From a virus: DNA of 64,000 nucleotides. The stretch is taken from positions 82,500 to 146,499 of the IMG/VR virus record IMGVR_UViG_3300019124_000038. The stretch is one strand, 5' to 3'. This document shows, one piece after another, positions 28,662 to 37,360 of this stretch (the stretch's first letter is position 1; each line of letters opens with the position of its first letter). The position numbers and the translations under genes are program-made. The notes under the pieces are model-generated. The model was not told the origin of the DNA, searched no databases, and saw nothing but the letters and a program-made list of their open reading frames with translations.

Positions 28662-29040
28662 AGTGAAGAATAAGACTAGTTTTGTTAAGGTCTATTTGCC
28701 AGAGGTTCAGGGGATTGCTAATCGGGTCTTGCACCATCATAACGGAACTGCTTACGTTAAACATAATAAAAAAACATATGCCGTTAAGGAAATTGATGGT
28801 GTATTTCATTTGACAGAAGAGTTCAGTCCACAGAAAAAGAAATATAGGGAGAGATTAGGAGACTTAACTGGTAAAAGGTTTGGGAGCCTAACTGTTATTA
28901 AGTTCCATAAAAGAGAACGAAAGAGCTATTGGCTGTGCGATTGTGACTGCGGTAAGCAGGGGGTAGTAGTATTAGGTTCCGCACTTGTCTCTGGAAACAC
29001 AAAAGGTTGCGGTTGCCTAAGAGGAAAGGGAGGAAATTAA
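28651..29040 (+). CDS. Protein with Cys-rich phage DNA-binding repeat (HNH-associated type)
   Basis: DLTGKRFGSLTVI..WLCDCDCG..GNTKGCGC; no nuclease domain seen. Confidence 0.6.
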   Translation: MWHKVKNKTSFVKVYLPEVQGIANRVLHHHNGTAYVKHNKKTYAVKEIDGVFHLTEEFSPQKKKYRERLGDLTGKRFGSLTVIKFHKRERKSYWLCDCDCGKQGVVVLGSALVSGNTKGCGCLRGKGGN

Positions 29041-29041
29041 A

Positions 29042-29248
29042 ATGGCAAAAGCGCATTGCCCGATATGCAAGGAAGACTGGCACTTTAACTCCCATCAGGC
29101 TGTCTTGACCAAGGAGGGAAGGGAGGACTTACAGGCGCACGGCGATCTCAATATTATTTGTGAAAACTGTAGCCACAAGGAAGAAGAGATCGAGCGGGCG
29201 GCAGAAGAGCTGGAAACACAAGGTCGTGTATTGAGCTTTGTAGAATGA
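29042..29248 (+). CDS. Small zinc-ribbon protein
   Basis: CPIC..CENC; SD GGAGG. Confidence 0.65.
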   Translation: MAKAHCPICKEDWHFNSHQAVLTKEGREDLQAHGDLNIICENCSHKEEEIERAAEELETQGRVLSFVE

Positions 29249-29260
29249 AAAGACCCCTCT

Positions 29261-30736
29261 CTAGGAGGGGGCAGGATAGTATTTATAGGCTGAATCCCAG
29301 TACCAAGTGTATCCATGATCATGGAAGAGGAACGAAGTCTCCCCATTGATGATACTGACAGCATACACCGTCAAAAATTCATCATAAAGAACTTTGGTGC
29401 TATCAATGGGATGTACTTTAAACATGGTTTTCATCCTCCTCATTGTCATGCTGTTCAGACATAAACTCCAAAGATTCACCACAGACCCCACAGTCGTAGC
29501 AGTAGACATAAAATTCATCAATCATTCCTTCGTCGTCAACATCAGTCTCTTTGTATTGACCTGAGCTAGTCAGTTGATCTTGGGGGTGCGGACATTCTCT
29601 GCGTAGGCGACTAATTTCTTGCTCGATCTCGTAGAGACTCTTTTGAATAGGCATGATCTGTCTTTCCAGTCTTTCCTTTTGTCCTTTTAGAACCTTTAAG
29701 CGTTGTGTGATTGGATGCGTCACTGGCACATCATCTCCTTTCGCTTCGTCTTTTCTTGTCAAGAACTTGCTCATGGTTAGATTCTTTTAGCTCCAGTTTC
29801 CAAGCCAACGAGCCTTCTTCCGTTAGTTCCTTGTATCTCCTATTCCAGTCTCCTTTATCGGCGAAGCTATCCATTCCTAGATCGCCTAAGCCGATAAATG
29901 TTTGGTACACGACAACGTACTTCTTTTCTTTTTGCATATTACAGCTTCTTTCCTTTGCGATATTCAAGAAACTTTTTGGCAAGAGGAGTTAGTTCATAGT
30001 CATCATGCCAAGCTCCGTCAATATAGGAAAGAAAGCCATTAGCGATAAGTGATTCTGCTTCTGATTCTCGAAAGCGTCCAGAGTCATCGAGTCGATCTTC
30101 CTCTAGGTATCTAGTCCGCCACTCAATCATGCGATTCTGGTCTACGAATTGAAGGATTTCAATTTCACGCTCGTTAAGCTGGTATTGCATGATTACACCA
30201 GAGCCGTCAGTGAGAAATCCAGTTGTCACTTTCATTAAGATCATCGCTCCTTTGAGTTTAGAGTTGCACGATACGTGTTATCGTTCGCAGTCTTCGAGCT
30301 TCAAGCTCTGCGGCATTGAAATCATAATTGCACTCTTTGTAGATGCGGTTCGCTTCGGGGTATGTGAGCTTGTATTGTGTCACCAAGAAGAAGATGTTGC
30401 GTTCGTGCTCTCGGTACTGTTCTGGTATCATAGTGGATACCTCCCTTATTTAGATTGGAAGATGGCGTTCATCCATGCTTTAACAGCTTCCCTGTCATCG
30501 GTGTCATATGGACATTTGTAGAAGTAAACTGCTTTCGTCATGTCTGCTTCTACATTAAACTGATTGAACAGGAAGTGTTCCTTATGTTCGCCCATAAGCG
30601 TACCAGAATCAACTCGCTTGCCTTCTAGGGTAACGCCAACAACCTTTACGACTCCACCGTCATGAAAAACCGCAAGAGCTTCATTGAGAGTAATCGGATA
30701 GTATTGACGCTCTTTGGGATTAAAATTTTGTCTCAT
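29261..30736 (-). other. Inverted cluster of short hypothetical CDSs (29261-29425, 29418-29774, 29731-29937, 29939-30244, 30258-30431, 30446-30736)
   Basis: Tightly packed minus-strand ORFs with SDs, downstream of a minus-strand promoter. Confidence 0.6.
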
Positions 30737-30750
30737 TTTGACATCCCCTT

Positions 30751-30795
30751 TCGTCTTATACGTGTATTATATCACAAGGAGGAGAGTGTATGCAA
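30751..30795 (-). promoter_or_regulatory. sigmaA promoter
   Basis: TTGCAT-18-TATAAT then N5-TATAAGACGA. Confidence 0.7.
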
Positions 30796-30797
30796 CC

Positions 30798-31790
30798 ATG
30801 TTTACACCTGAAAGACGTGTCATCAAGAAGCATGATAGGTCTTCAATTCGTGTTACAGTCGAATATGTTCAAGAATTAGTGCGGTCATTGCCCAATCGAG
30901 ATTTTGAAATCCTGCACTGGCTATTTAAACGCCCGTTTATGACGGGTGAGCAGATCGAGATGCTGGTATTCGGAGACCTGAAACCGTCTAGTCGCCGCGA
31001 GAAGGCGAATCAACGCATCCGCAAGCTCTACCATAGCCACTGTATCGACCGCTGGTTCCCGCCCGTTGCAGAGGGTGCAGGAAGCTCCAAACAACATCTA
31101 GTTCTTGACCGTGCGGGTCTCTTGGCTCTTGCCTTGAAGCGCGGCATCGACCCATCCGATGATCGCATAAAAAAATGGCGTAAGCGAAACCATATTCCCC
31201 AGAACTATCAGCACACTTTGAAAATTCAGGATTTCTACGGTCTGCTCCATCTGTTTAGTAGACAGCTCGAATGCGGGGAGATCATTCGGTGGGAGTGGGA
31301 AGACAAAGCGAAGATTAAATTTGCCATGCGGGAGGATGGAAGAAATCGCAACGTAGAGATCAAGCCAGATGCGTTCTGCATCTATAAGTACAACACGCAG
31401 GGCGGGTTCAAGATGTTTTACCTCGAAGCTGATAACGCAACAGAAGACATGGATGTGTTAGAGACAAAGATTAGACGCTACAAGGCTATGTACGAAAGCG
31501 GGGAGTGGCGAGACAGACAGTGGGCTCGGGCAACGCAAGGAAGAATGTTCCCTGCCGTCCTCTTTCTCTTTCATGATCTAGGGCAAGCAAAAGAATTGCA
31601 TAAATTCGCCAAACGGCAGAACACGCCAGTTCGTTTCCTCTTTACCGCTTATGACCAGTTGATTCGGCAGGAGGTCAAGGAGTATCATAGTAGAGGTGGC
31701 AAGACCATGAAGGTTCCACAAGAGCAACACATTAGACTCTTTGAGCCGATCTTCTTGTCAAGTAAAGAGGAAGGAGAAGTACCACTATGA
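30798..31790 (+). CDS. Replication-relaxation (Replic_Relax) family protein, putative relaxase
   Basis: N-terminal wHTH (MTGEQI..RIRKL), HTL, IKPDA, FYLEADNATE..KIRRY. Confidence 0.8.
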   Translation: MFTPERRVIKKHDRSSIRVTVEYVQELVRSLPNRDFEILHWLFKRPFMTGEQIEMLVFGDLKPSSRREKANQRIRKLYHSHCIDRWFPPVAEGAGSSKQHLVLDRAGLLALALKRGIDPSDDRIKKWRKRNHIPQNYQHTLKIQDFYGLLHLFSRQLECGEIIRWEWEDKAKIKFAMREDGRNRNVEIKPDAFCIYKYNTQGGFKMFYLEADNATEDMDVLETKIRRYKAMYESGEWRDRQWARATQGRMFPAVLFLFHDLGQAKELHKFAKRQNTPVRFLFTAYDQLIRQEVKEYHSRGGKTMKVPQEQHIRLFEPIFLSSKEEGEVPL

Positions 31791-32044
31791 CTAAGCATCT
31801 ACGAGAAGCAGTTCGCCATCTCAAAAGGAGCGGGGTGAAAAAATATCGTATTGAAACTACAGGTAGGAGTCACCCAAAAATTGTTTTTAGCCATAATAAT
31901 ATCGAGCATGTCGTCATCATGTCGTGCTCCCCGTCCTCCCCCGTTGCACTTAATAATTTCATCAAAGATGTTGAGGGTATAATCAGCGGGAAGGAAAGGA
32001 GAAGAGGAAATGGTAGAAAACAAGGCAATCTACGAGCGCGTTAA
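31787..32044 (+). CDS. HicA-like small protein
   Basis: TGRSHPKI..SCSPS..ALNN pattern. Confidence 0.5.
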   Translation: MTKHLREAVRHLKRSGVKKYRIETTGRSHPKIVFSHNNIEHVVIMSCSPSSPVALNNFIKDVEGIISGKERRRGNGRKQGNLRAR

Positions 32045-32477
32045 GGTTAATCGAAAAGCGGTACGTGCGGTGATGGGCATGGTCAAGAACACGGGATACT
32101 ACAAGAAGTGCAAGCCTGAACAGCAGATGCAACACTTGAGAAGGCTATGCGACTATCTCGGAGCTGTCTATAGGGTTCCTGTGCCCTCTGTAGAATTTGG
32201 CCTGTTCCCCTGCTACATGCCTAGTTTGCAGACAATCTTATTGGATAAGCCTTCGATCATCTCGTTTCTGCATGAGTATCGTCACCATCTCCAGTGCTAC
32301 GCAGGGAAGCAGTACAAGGGACTAACAATCGAACAGGATGCCCGCGCATGGTCGTTACGCATCTTCCACTTGGGGTTTCCCAAGATGTTCGAGAAAGCAG
32401 TTAAGGAGGGCAAGGTATACTTCGTCGCATGGGACACGGAGTTAGGTAAAATTGTGGATGACGCACCGTATATTTGA
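32010..32477 (+). CDS. HExxH zinc-motif protein
   Basis: FLHEYRHHLQ..EQDA. Confidence 0.65.
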   Translation: MVENKAIYERVKVNRKAVRAVMGMVKNTGYYKKCKPEQQMQHLRRLCDYLGAVYRVPVPSVEFGLFPCYMPSLQTILLDKPSIISFLHEYRHHLQCYAGKQYKGLTIEQDARAWSLRIFHLGFPKMFEKAVKEGKVYFVAWDTELGKIVDDAPYI

Positions 32478-32515
32478 TTTTTTAATTGCATGTTTTGGCA
32501 AACTGAACAATAGGC

Positions 32516-32550
32516 AATGGGGCTGGTCATTCGACCGCCCCATTTTCTTT
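32516..32550 (+). terminator. Intrinsic terminator between convergent units
   Basis: AATGGGGC(T)GGTC/GACCGCCCCATT plus T tract. Confidence 0.75.
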
Positions 32551-32673
32551 ATTGGTATACATAGACTATCTGACGGTAAAAGCATTCAGCGATACCCGCC
32601 AATAAGACTAGAATCGACACAATAGTCCAGACCATATCCTGCTTCTTAGTCACCTGCCCACTCTCCCTTCTAT

Positions 32674-32988
32674 TTATCTATGGTTAATGCCATAACGTTC
32701 AAGCAATTCTCGGGCTGTCCACATCGCGTCATCAGCTTCGGACTCAGTGTGCGGGTAAGCTACTTTTTTCATGGCTTCCAGCAATTCTTCATAGGTCGGC
32801 TGATCGTTCTCACGAACCACATCACAGCAATATGTTTTGGGATATGCGTGAGTAATCTTATCGAGAGCGAGAAGACACACTTCTCGATCACTAGTGCCAG
32901 CACTTGCTTCGACCTCAATAATTTCATGCGGTGTCCCAATGGGGCTGTAAGTGCCCCACCAGAACTCCACCTTGTATTTGACCATCAC
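32674..32988 (-). CDS. Hypothetical protein
   Basis: Coupled to upstream ORF. Confidence 0.65.
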   Translation of the reverse strand: MMVKYKVEFWWGTYSPIGTPHEIIEVEASAGTSDREVCLLALDKITHAYPKTYCCDVVRENDQPTYEELLEAMKKVAYPHTESEADDAMWTARELLERYGINHR

Positions 32989-33455
32989 GCGTCGATTTCC
33001 TCCTTCACAGTTTCGCTCGAATATTTGACCTTAGTACGGATGAAGCGATAGCCGTACATTTTGATGCCCTTTTGTGCGGCATACTCCCGAGCACGGCTCA
33101 CGATGATTTCGAACTCTTCTTCGGTGGGAATATCATCAAAGAAGATCGCCACATTGCTGTAGTTCAAGCCCATTCCGTGGTTCGGATCTCCTTCGATGGT
33201 TGCCATCATTGTGACAGGTCGATGGCAACCATGATCGTCTGGTTCATCACGGATGATCTCACGAAGATTGTTTGTGAAGTCGTCGCCAAACTCTTCTGTG
33301 AAATCACGCGCTTCACGGTAACCAACCTCACATTCACCGACTGCACCCGTAGCGTAGGCACACAATTTGCGCTCAAAGTTCCCCGCGTAGCTGTCGGTCA
33401 TGATGACCATGAGATAACTCGTCGTCGTACCATTGAGATTGATACTAACTGCCAT
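32985..33455 (-). CDS. Hypothetical phage protein
   Basis: TDSYAGNFER..CAY.TG motif; abuts nadR. Confidence 0.7.
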   Translation of the reverse strand: MAVSINLNGTTTSYLMVIMTDSYAGNFERKLCAYATGAVGECEVGYREARDFTEEFGDDFTNNLREIIRDEPDDHGCHRPVTMMATIEGDPNHGMGLNYSNVAIFFDDIPTEEEFEIIVSRAREYAAQKGIKMYGYRFIRTKVKYSSETVKEEIDA

Positions 33456-34547
33456 TTATACCGCCATCCCTTCAATGAGTTTGTCAACGGCTTCTACCGC
33501 CGCTTTGAAGCGTTCTTCGTAATCGAAAGAGTCAATGTCTACTACGTTCATGCCACGCATTCTGTAGCCCTCTCGAAGCATTGTAGCAATCTCCTGACGG
33601 CGATGTGGAAGGTTGCGCTGACCGTCATCTACCCACGGTACGGTCGGGTGAAGGAGCAGAATAAGGTCAAACATTCGACAATACTCTTCGCTCCAGATCA
33701 GTGCTCCGAGTTCAGCGTCAACCTCATTAAACCACTCTACCTGAAATATAGCAGAAGTCAGGGCATCAGTGTCAGAAAAGATGAGCTGACTATCTCCGTT
33801 TTCTCCGAGAGCCTTCACCATTGCATGTTGCGTTTTCCCGAAATGAGTGATATGATCGAGCGTTACTTTGGATACGTCACCGCCCAAGTTCCCATCAATC
33901 CAGCTCCGTGCGTACTCCTGAACATTTGCACAGATCATTCCTTGCCCAGTGTAGTGCGCCGCCAGACGATTCGTGAGAGTGGATTTCCCGCACGATTCGC
34001 CGCCTACGATCAGCACCTTTTGAGTGAAGTGCTTACGAACAACAGGATGCATGTGCTTCCATTCCGCAAACGGGTTGGTACGGCAAGCAGTACCAGAGGT
34101 CGGCACATACTTGCGCTCTTGGTCAACCATGAAATGTCGGCATTTGTGGTAGTGCTCATCGGCTTCACCAAAGCCCCACATATTGCCAAGGCTCAGGTAC
34201 GGAGCGAATTTCTCACCGTATTCCTCGGAGGTAAACAGAACATCGAATGGATTATGCCAACCATTGACCTTGTAGAGTTCTTCGCTCCAGAGCTTGTAGA
34301 ACGCTTGCGGCGTTTCCATCTCCTCGGGTGTTTGCGGCAGATCAGCATGGAGATGAAGTACACGCGCCTTATCACCGTATGCTTCCTTCATCCACTTGTA
34401 GCGAAGATGACCGTCGATCTTTTCATGTGGCGTAGAACAGACGATAATAGTCAGCTTATCGCAATTTCGCAGAGCAACATCGCAGAGGAAGAAGTGCCCC
34501 AAGTGCGGCGGGTAGAACTTACCAAAGCACAATCCATGAGTCGTCAT
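33456..34547 (-). CDS. nadR: NadR-type bifunctional NMN adenylyltransferase / ribosylnicotinamide kinase
   Basis: FGKFYPPHLGH, FTSEEYG, SGT..R, GGESCGKST, EYAR, SDTD, PWVDDGQR. Confidence 0.93.
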   Translation of the reverse strand: MTTHGLCFGKFYPPHLGHFFLCDVALRNCDKLTIIVCSTPHEKIDGHLRYKWMKEAYGDKARVLHLHADLPQTPEEMETPQAFYKLWSEELYKVNGWHNPFDVLFTSEEYGEKFAPYLSLGNMWGFGEADEHYHKCRHFMVDQERKYVPTSGTACRTNPFAEWKHMHPVVRKHFTQKVLIVGGESCGKSTLTNRLAAHYTGQGMICANVQEYARSWIDGNLGGDVSKVTLDHITHFGKTQHAMVKALGENGDSQLIFSDTDALTSAIFQVEWFNEVDAELGALIWSEEYCRMFDLILLLHPTVPWVDDGQRNLPHRRQEIATMLREGYRMRGMNVVDIDSFDYEERFKAAVEAVDKLIEGMAV

Positions 34548-34746
34548 TGTAAGCCCCTCCAGTTTATTATTCGATTTCTACGGAATAAGTCAATCTATCA
34601 AGACTGCCACTTGCTTCAATCACTGTCCTAACTCGTCCATCCTGATCGGATTTAGGAGACATACCCTTCCTTTCAAGATATTCAAAAACAGCCTGAGCAA
34701 TCTCTTCTTTGCTTAGAGTAATCATCGGCATTTTAATCATCCCCTT

Positions 34747-35139
34747 TTATTTCAGTGTCTTAAGCATCTCAATGATATCACGCATTGCATAGTATTCAGG
34801 GTTGAACATCTTCATCATGTTCGGAACTACCTCTAGTACGGTGAGGAGCACCAATCCGAAGCCACCAAAAACCCCGAAGAGGATTAGTGCTGGAGTCCAG
34901 TCGTCGTCTTCCTTAACAAGACGAATAAGAAAGCGAGTCATAAAGACATATACAAGCCATAGTACAATACCTCCACCAGTCCAGACGCATCCTTCTACGA
35001 ATTGTTGACGGACAAGGATTCCATATACATGCTCTGCCGCTACGCCAAGACCACTTGCGATTTCAGCGATTACATTGCCGATTTTATCTACGTAAGGCTG
35101 AATCTCGTTCCATTCAGGCATGATTCTCACTCCATTCAC
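34747..35139 (-). CDS. Membrane protein
   Basis: Two TMs; NPEYYA tail. Confidence 0.7.
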   Translation of the reverse strand: MNGVRIMPEWNEIQPYVDKIGNVIAEIASGLGVAAEHVYGILVRQQFVEGCVWTGGGIVLWLVYVFMTRFLIRLVKEDDDWTPALILFGVFGGFGLVLLTVLEVVPNMMKMFNPEYYAMRDIIEMLKTLK

Positions 35140-35180
35140 GTATTATGTGGGTAGGGAGGGACAAGCCCCCCCCCCTTATA

Positions 35181-35810
35181 CTAGGTGGCGAGTTCTTTCT
35201 TCCAAGAACGAAGCGAGAACACGCAGATGATGAGGAACACAAAGTACAGAGCCGAAGTCAGGTGCAGATCACGCATCCAATACATGAAGACCGATACCAC
35301 GTCAATTACAATCCAGATGTGCCAGTTTTGCAGAACTTTGCGGGAGAGAAGCAACTGAGCAATAATCGAAGCAACAGCGACAGGAGCGTCAATCCACGGC
35401 ATCGCCGCGTCGGTCAGCTTGTCCAGCAGAACAGCCCATACAGCCGAACCGATAAGCCAGAAAACAATGGAGTTCCAGAACTCTACTTTCGAGATATTAC
35501 GAGTCTTAGCAACCTTCTCGCCGTTCCCACGGTTTCGAATCCAGTAGATGATACCGTAGAGAGTCAGCGGCAAGAAGAATCCGATTTGCAGAGTCATGTC
35601 TGCATACAGTTTTGCGTCGAAGAAGATGAAGGAAAAGGCGACGATGTTTGCTACGCCAGTAATGGTCGCCATCCAGATCATTTGTCGCCCGTAGGCGAAT
35701 ACGGACAGGAGACCCATCGTTGCCGCAAAGATTTCAAGCGGAGTCGAGCTGACTTTCCATGCGACGAGACCAAGGGCGACCGCCGCGATCAGAGTATACA
35801 CGTTTTTCAT
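35181..35810 (-). CDS. pnuC: Nicotinamide riboside transporter PnuC
   Basis: Multi-TM; LYADM.LQ, YG..YW, PWIDA, AQLLL.RK..NW.IWIVID. Confidence 0.92.
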   Translation of the reverse strand: MKNVYTLIAAVALGLVAWKVSSTPLEIFAATMGLLSVFAYGRQMIWMATITGVANIVAFSFIFFDAKLYADMTLQIGFFLPLTLYGIIYWIRNRGNGEKVAKTRNISKVEFWNSIVFWLIGSAVWAVLLDKLTDAAMPWIDAPVAVASIIAQLLLSRKVLQNWHIWIVIDVVSVFMYWMRDLHLTSALYFVFLIICVFSLRSWKKELAT

Positions 35811-36003
35811 TTCACTCTCTCCTTTGATGTTGAATGGTTAATACAGAAGAGCACCGACACCGAGTGCCACAAGGAAGGTTAGCCCCCATCGTGCCATGAA
35901 CTGTGGGTTTTTTTCATCTTCAACCCAAGAGAAAAATACGGATACAACCCCAGTGCTGACAGCCGCTACCAAGATATCTAAGTTTGTTTCACCTCCTTGT
36001 CTC

Positions 36004-36032
36004 TATAATACAACTATCTTATAACACTGTCA
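36004..36032 (-). promoter_or_regulatory. sigmaA promoter upstream of pnuC/nadR unit
   Basis: TTGACA-17-TATTAT; the TATAAGATA box lies in the spacer. Confidence 0.7.
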
Positions 36033-36043
36033 ACTACTTTTTG

Positions 36044-36580
36044 CTAGATTTTAGAGATAAGAGCCATATACTCGATCTCGGATACATTCAGAGCTTTCAG
36101 CCAATTCTTGAAATATTGATCGAGATCGCAAATATCTGACATGACCGTCATGTCGTAGGCGGCGGCATAACGAGCATACGGTACAAACCATTCCTCGAAG
36201 TCTTTACGATTCTGAACCTTGTCAGCTACCAGCATGTCATTGACTTCAGAATAAGTGCTCAAAGAAACAGCATCATCGGGAGATCGATAGTGCAATTTTC
36301 GTAGATAGGAGTTCGCAACACGAGCATACTCTTCTGCCAGTTCCACGGCGTAAGGGTCGAACAAGTGACCGTAACGTTTACGTACTGCGACCATGCGCGG
36401 ATCATCGAACATTTGGTAAATCGGATGCAACATAAAAGCGTTTTTAGCTTCCTGAGTCGCACCGATCAGATCGAGAATACGGACACCCTCGTCGATATGC
36501 TGAATGAAGGGAACGCCCGAACGCTCTGCCTTTCCTTCGCCATATGCTTCTTTGATTGCGATGTAATGGATGTTGGTCAT
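36044..36580 (-). CDS. Divergent HD-domain protein
   Basis: RSGVPFIQH..LHP..ADKVQN resembles SpoT/Mesh1 HD motifs with HD changed to HP. Confidence 0.55.
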   Translation of the reverse strand: MTNIHYIAIKEAYGEGKAERSGVPFIQHIDEGVRILDLIGATQEAKNAFMLHPIYQMFDDPRMVAVRKRYGHLFDPYAVELAEEYARVANSYLRKLHYRSPDDAVSLSTYSEVNDMLVADKVQNRKDFEEWFVPYARYAAAYDMTVMSDICDLDQYFKNWLKALNVSEIEYMALISKI

Positions 36581-36931
36581 TCTTCTCTGCCAGCTCCTTT
36601 AGTAAAGTAGAAGTGCATTTTTTTCATCTCGTCAAGACGAGACCACGCGCTACTTGCAAAACCATAATCGTTCTTTTCAGTGTAATGCCTGTAGAGCTTT
36701 TCAAGCTCCTTGATACGTTTTTCAAGGTAAGCAATATACTTGTCCATAACTACACCTCCTTGTTCGGCGGCTCCATGTAGTTTGAGATCATGATAATCGG
36801 GAGCCATAACAGCATCATCATCGGATACTCCCACCAGCTTACTTCGTATTCGTTTCGTGCACGATAAGTCAGCACATAGCCCGTGAGAATGTACATAACT
36901 CCTGCGAAGTACCAAAGTTCGTTAGTCAATG

Positions 36932-37360
36932 CTAGTCCTCCTCCAGATAGCAGACAAGGATATCTATATCCAAGTCTCCAAACGCTTGCTTGATAGCCGC
37001 CTCTACCTTGCTCCACCTCAAACGATCAAGACCGCATCCGATTTTAGGCATTCCTAACTTCTTAACACCGAAAGCGATTATGTAATCTCGCATTGACAGC
37101 AGGGAACAATAAAGCGTCATGTAGTTTGGCTTTTGCCAATACTTCTGTTTTGTGATAAGGTTGAATATTCGACCCCAAGGGATACAGTCTCCTACCTCCC
37201 CATAAACCCATCCCTCGCGAAGAACGGCAAGGTCAGGGAATCGCCGCACAAACTCTTTAGCGATTCCCGCTCCCATTACAAAATCTGCCGAGATGCAATG
37301 CGCTAGATACCAGCTTTCATCAAGATCAAACAGATTCCGTCGCTCGATGCTGAGATTCAC
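36932..37360 (-). CDS. Macrodomain ADP-ribosylhydrolase (TARG1/DarG/Poa1p-like)
   Basis: AHCISADFVMGAGIA..FNLITK..MPKIGCGLDRLRW; SD GAGGAGG before GTG. Confidence 0.88.
   Translation of the reverse strand: MNLSIERRNLFDLDESWYLAHCISADFVMGAGIAKEFVRRFPDLAVLREGWVYGEVGDCIPWGRIFNLITKQKYWQKPNYMTLYCSLLSMRDYIIAFGVKKLGMPKIGCGLDRLRWSKVEAAIKQAFGDLDIDILVCYLEED

Noticed and set aside
33072-34631. 519-aa + strand ORF
   Set aside because: Antisense shadow of nadR; no motifs, no SD.
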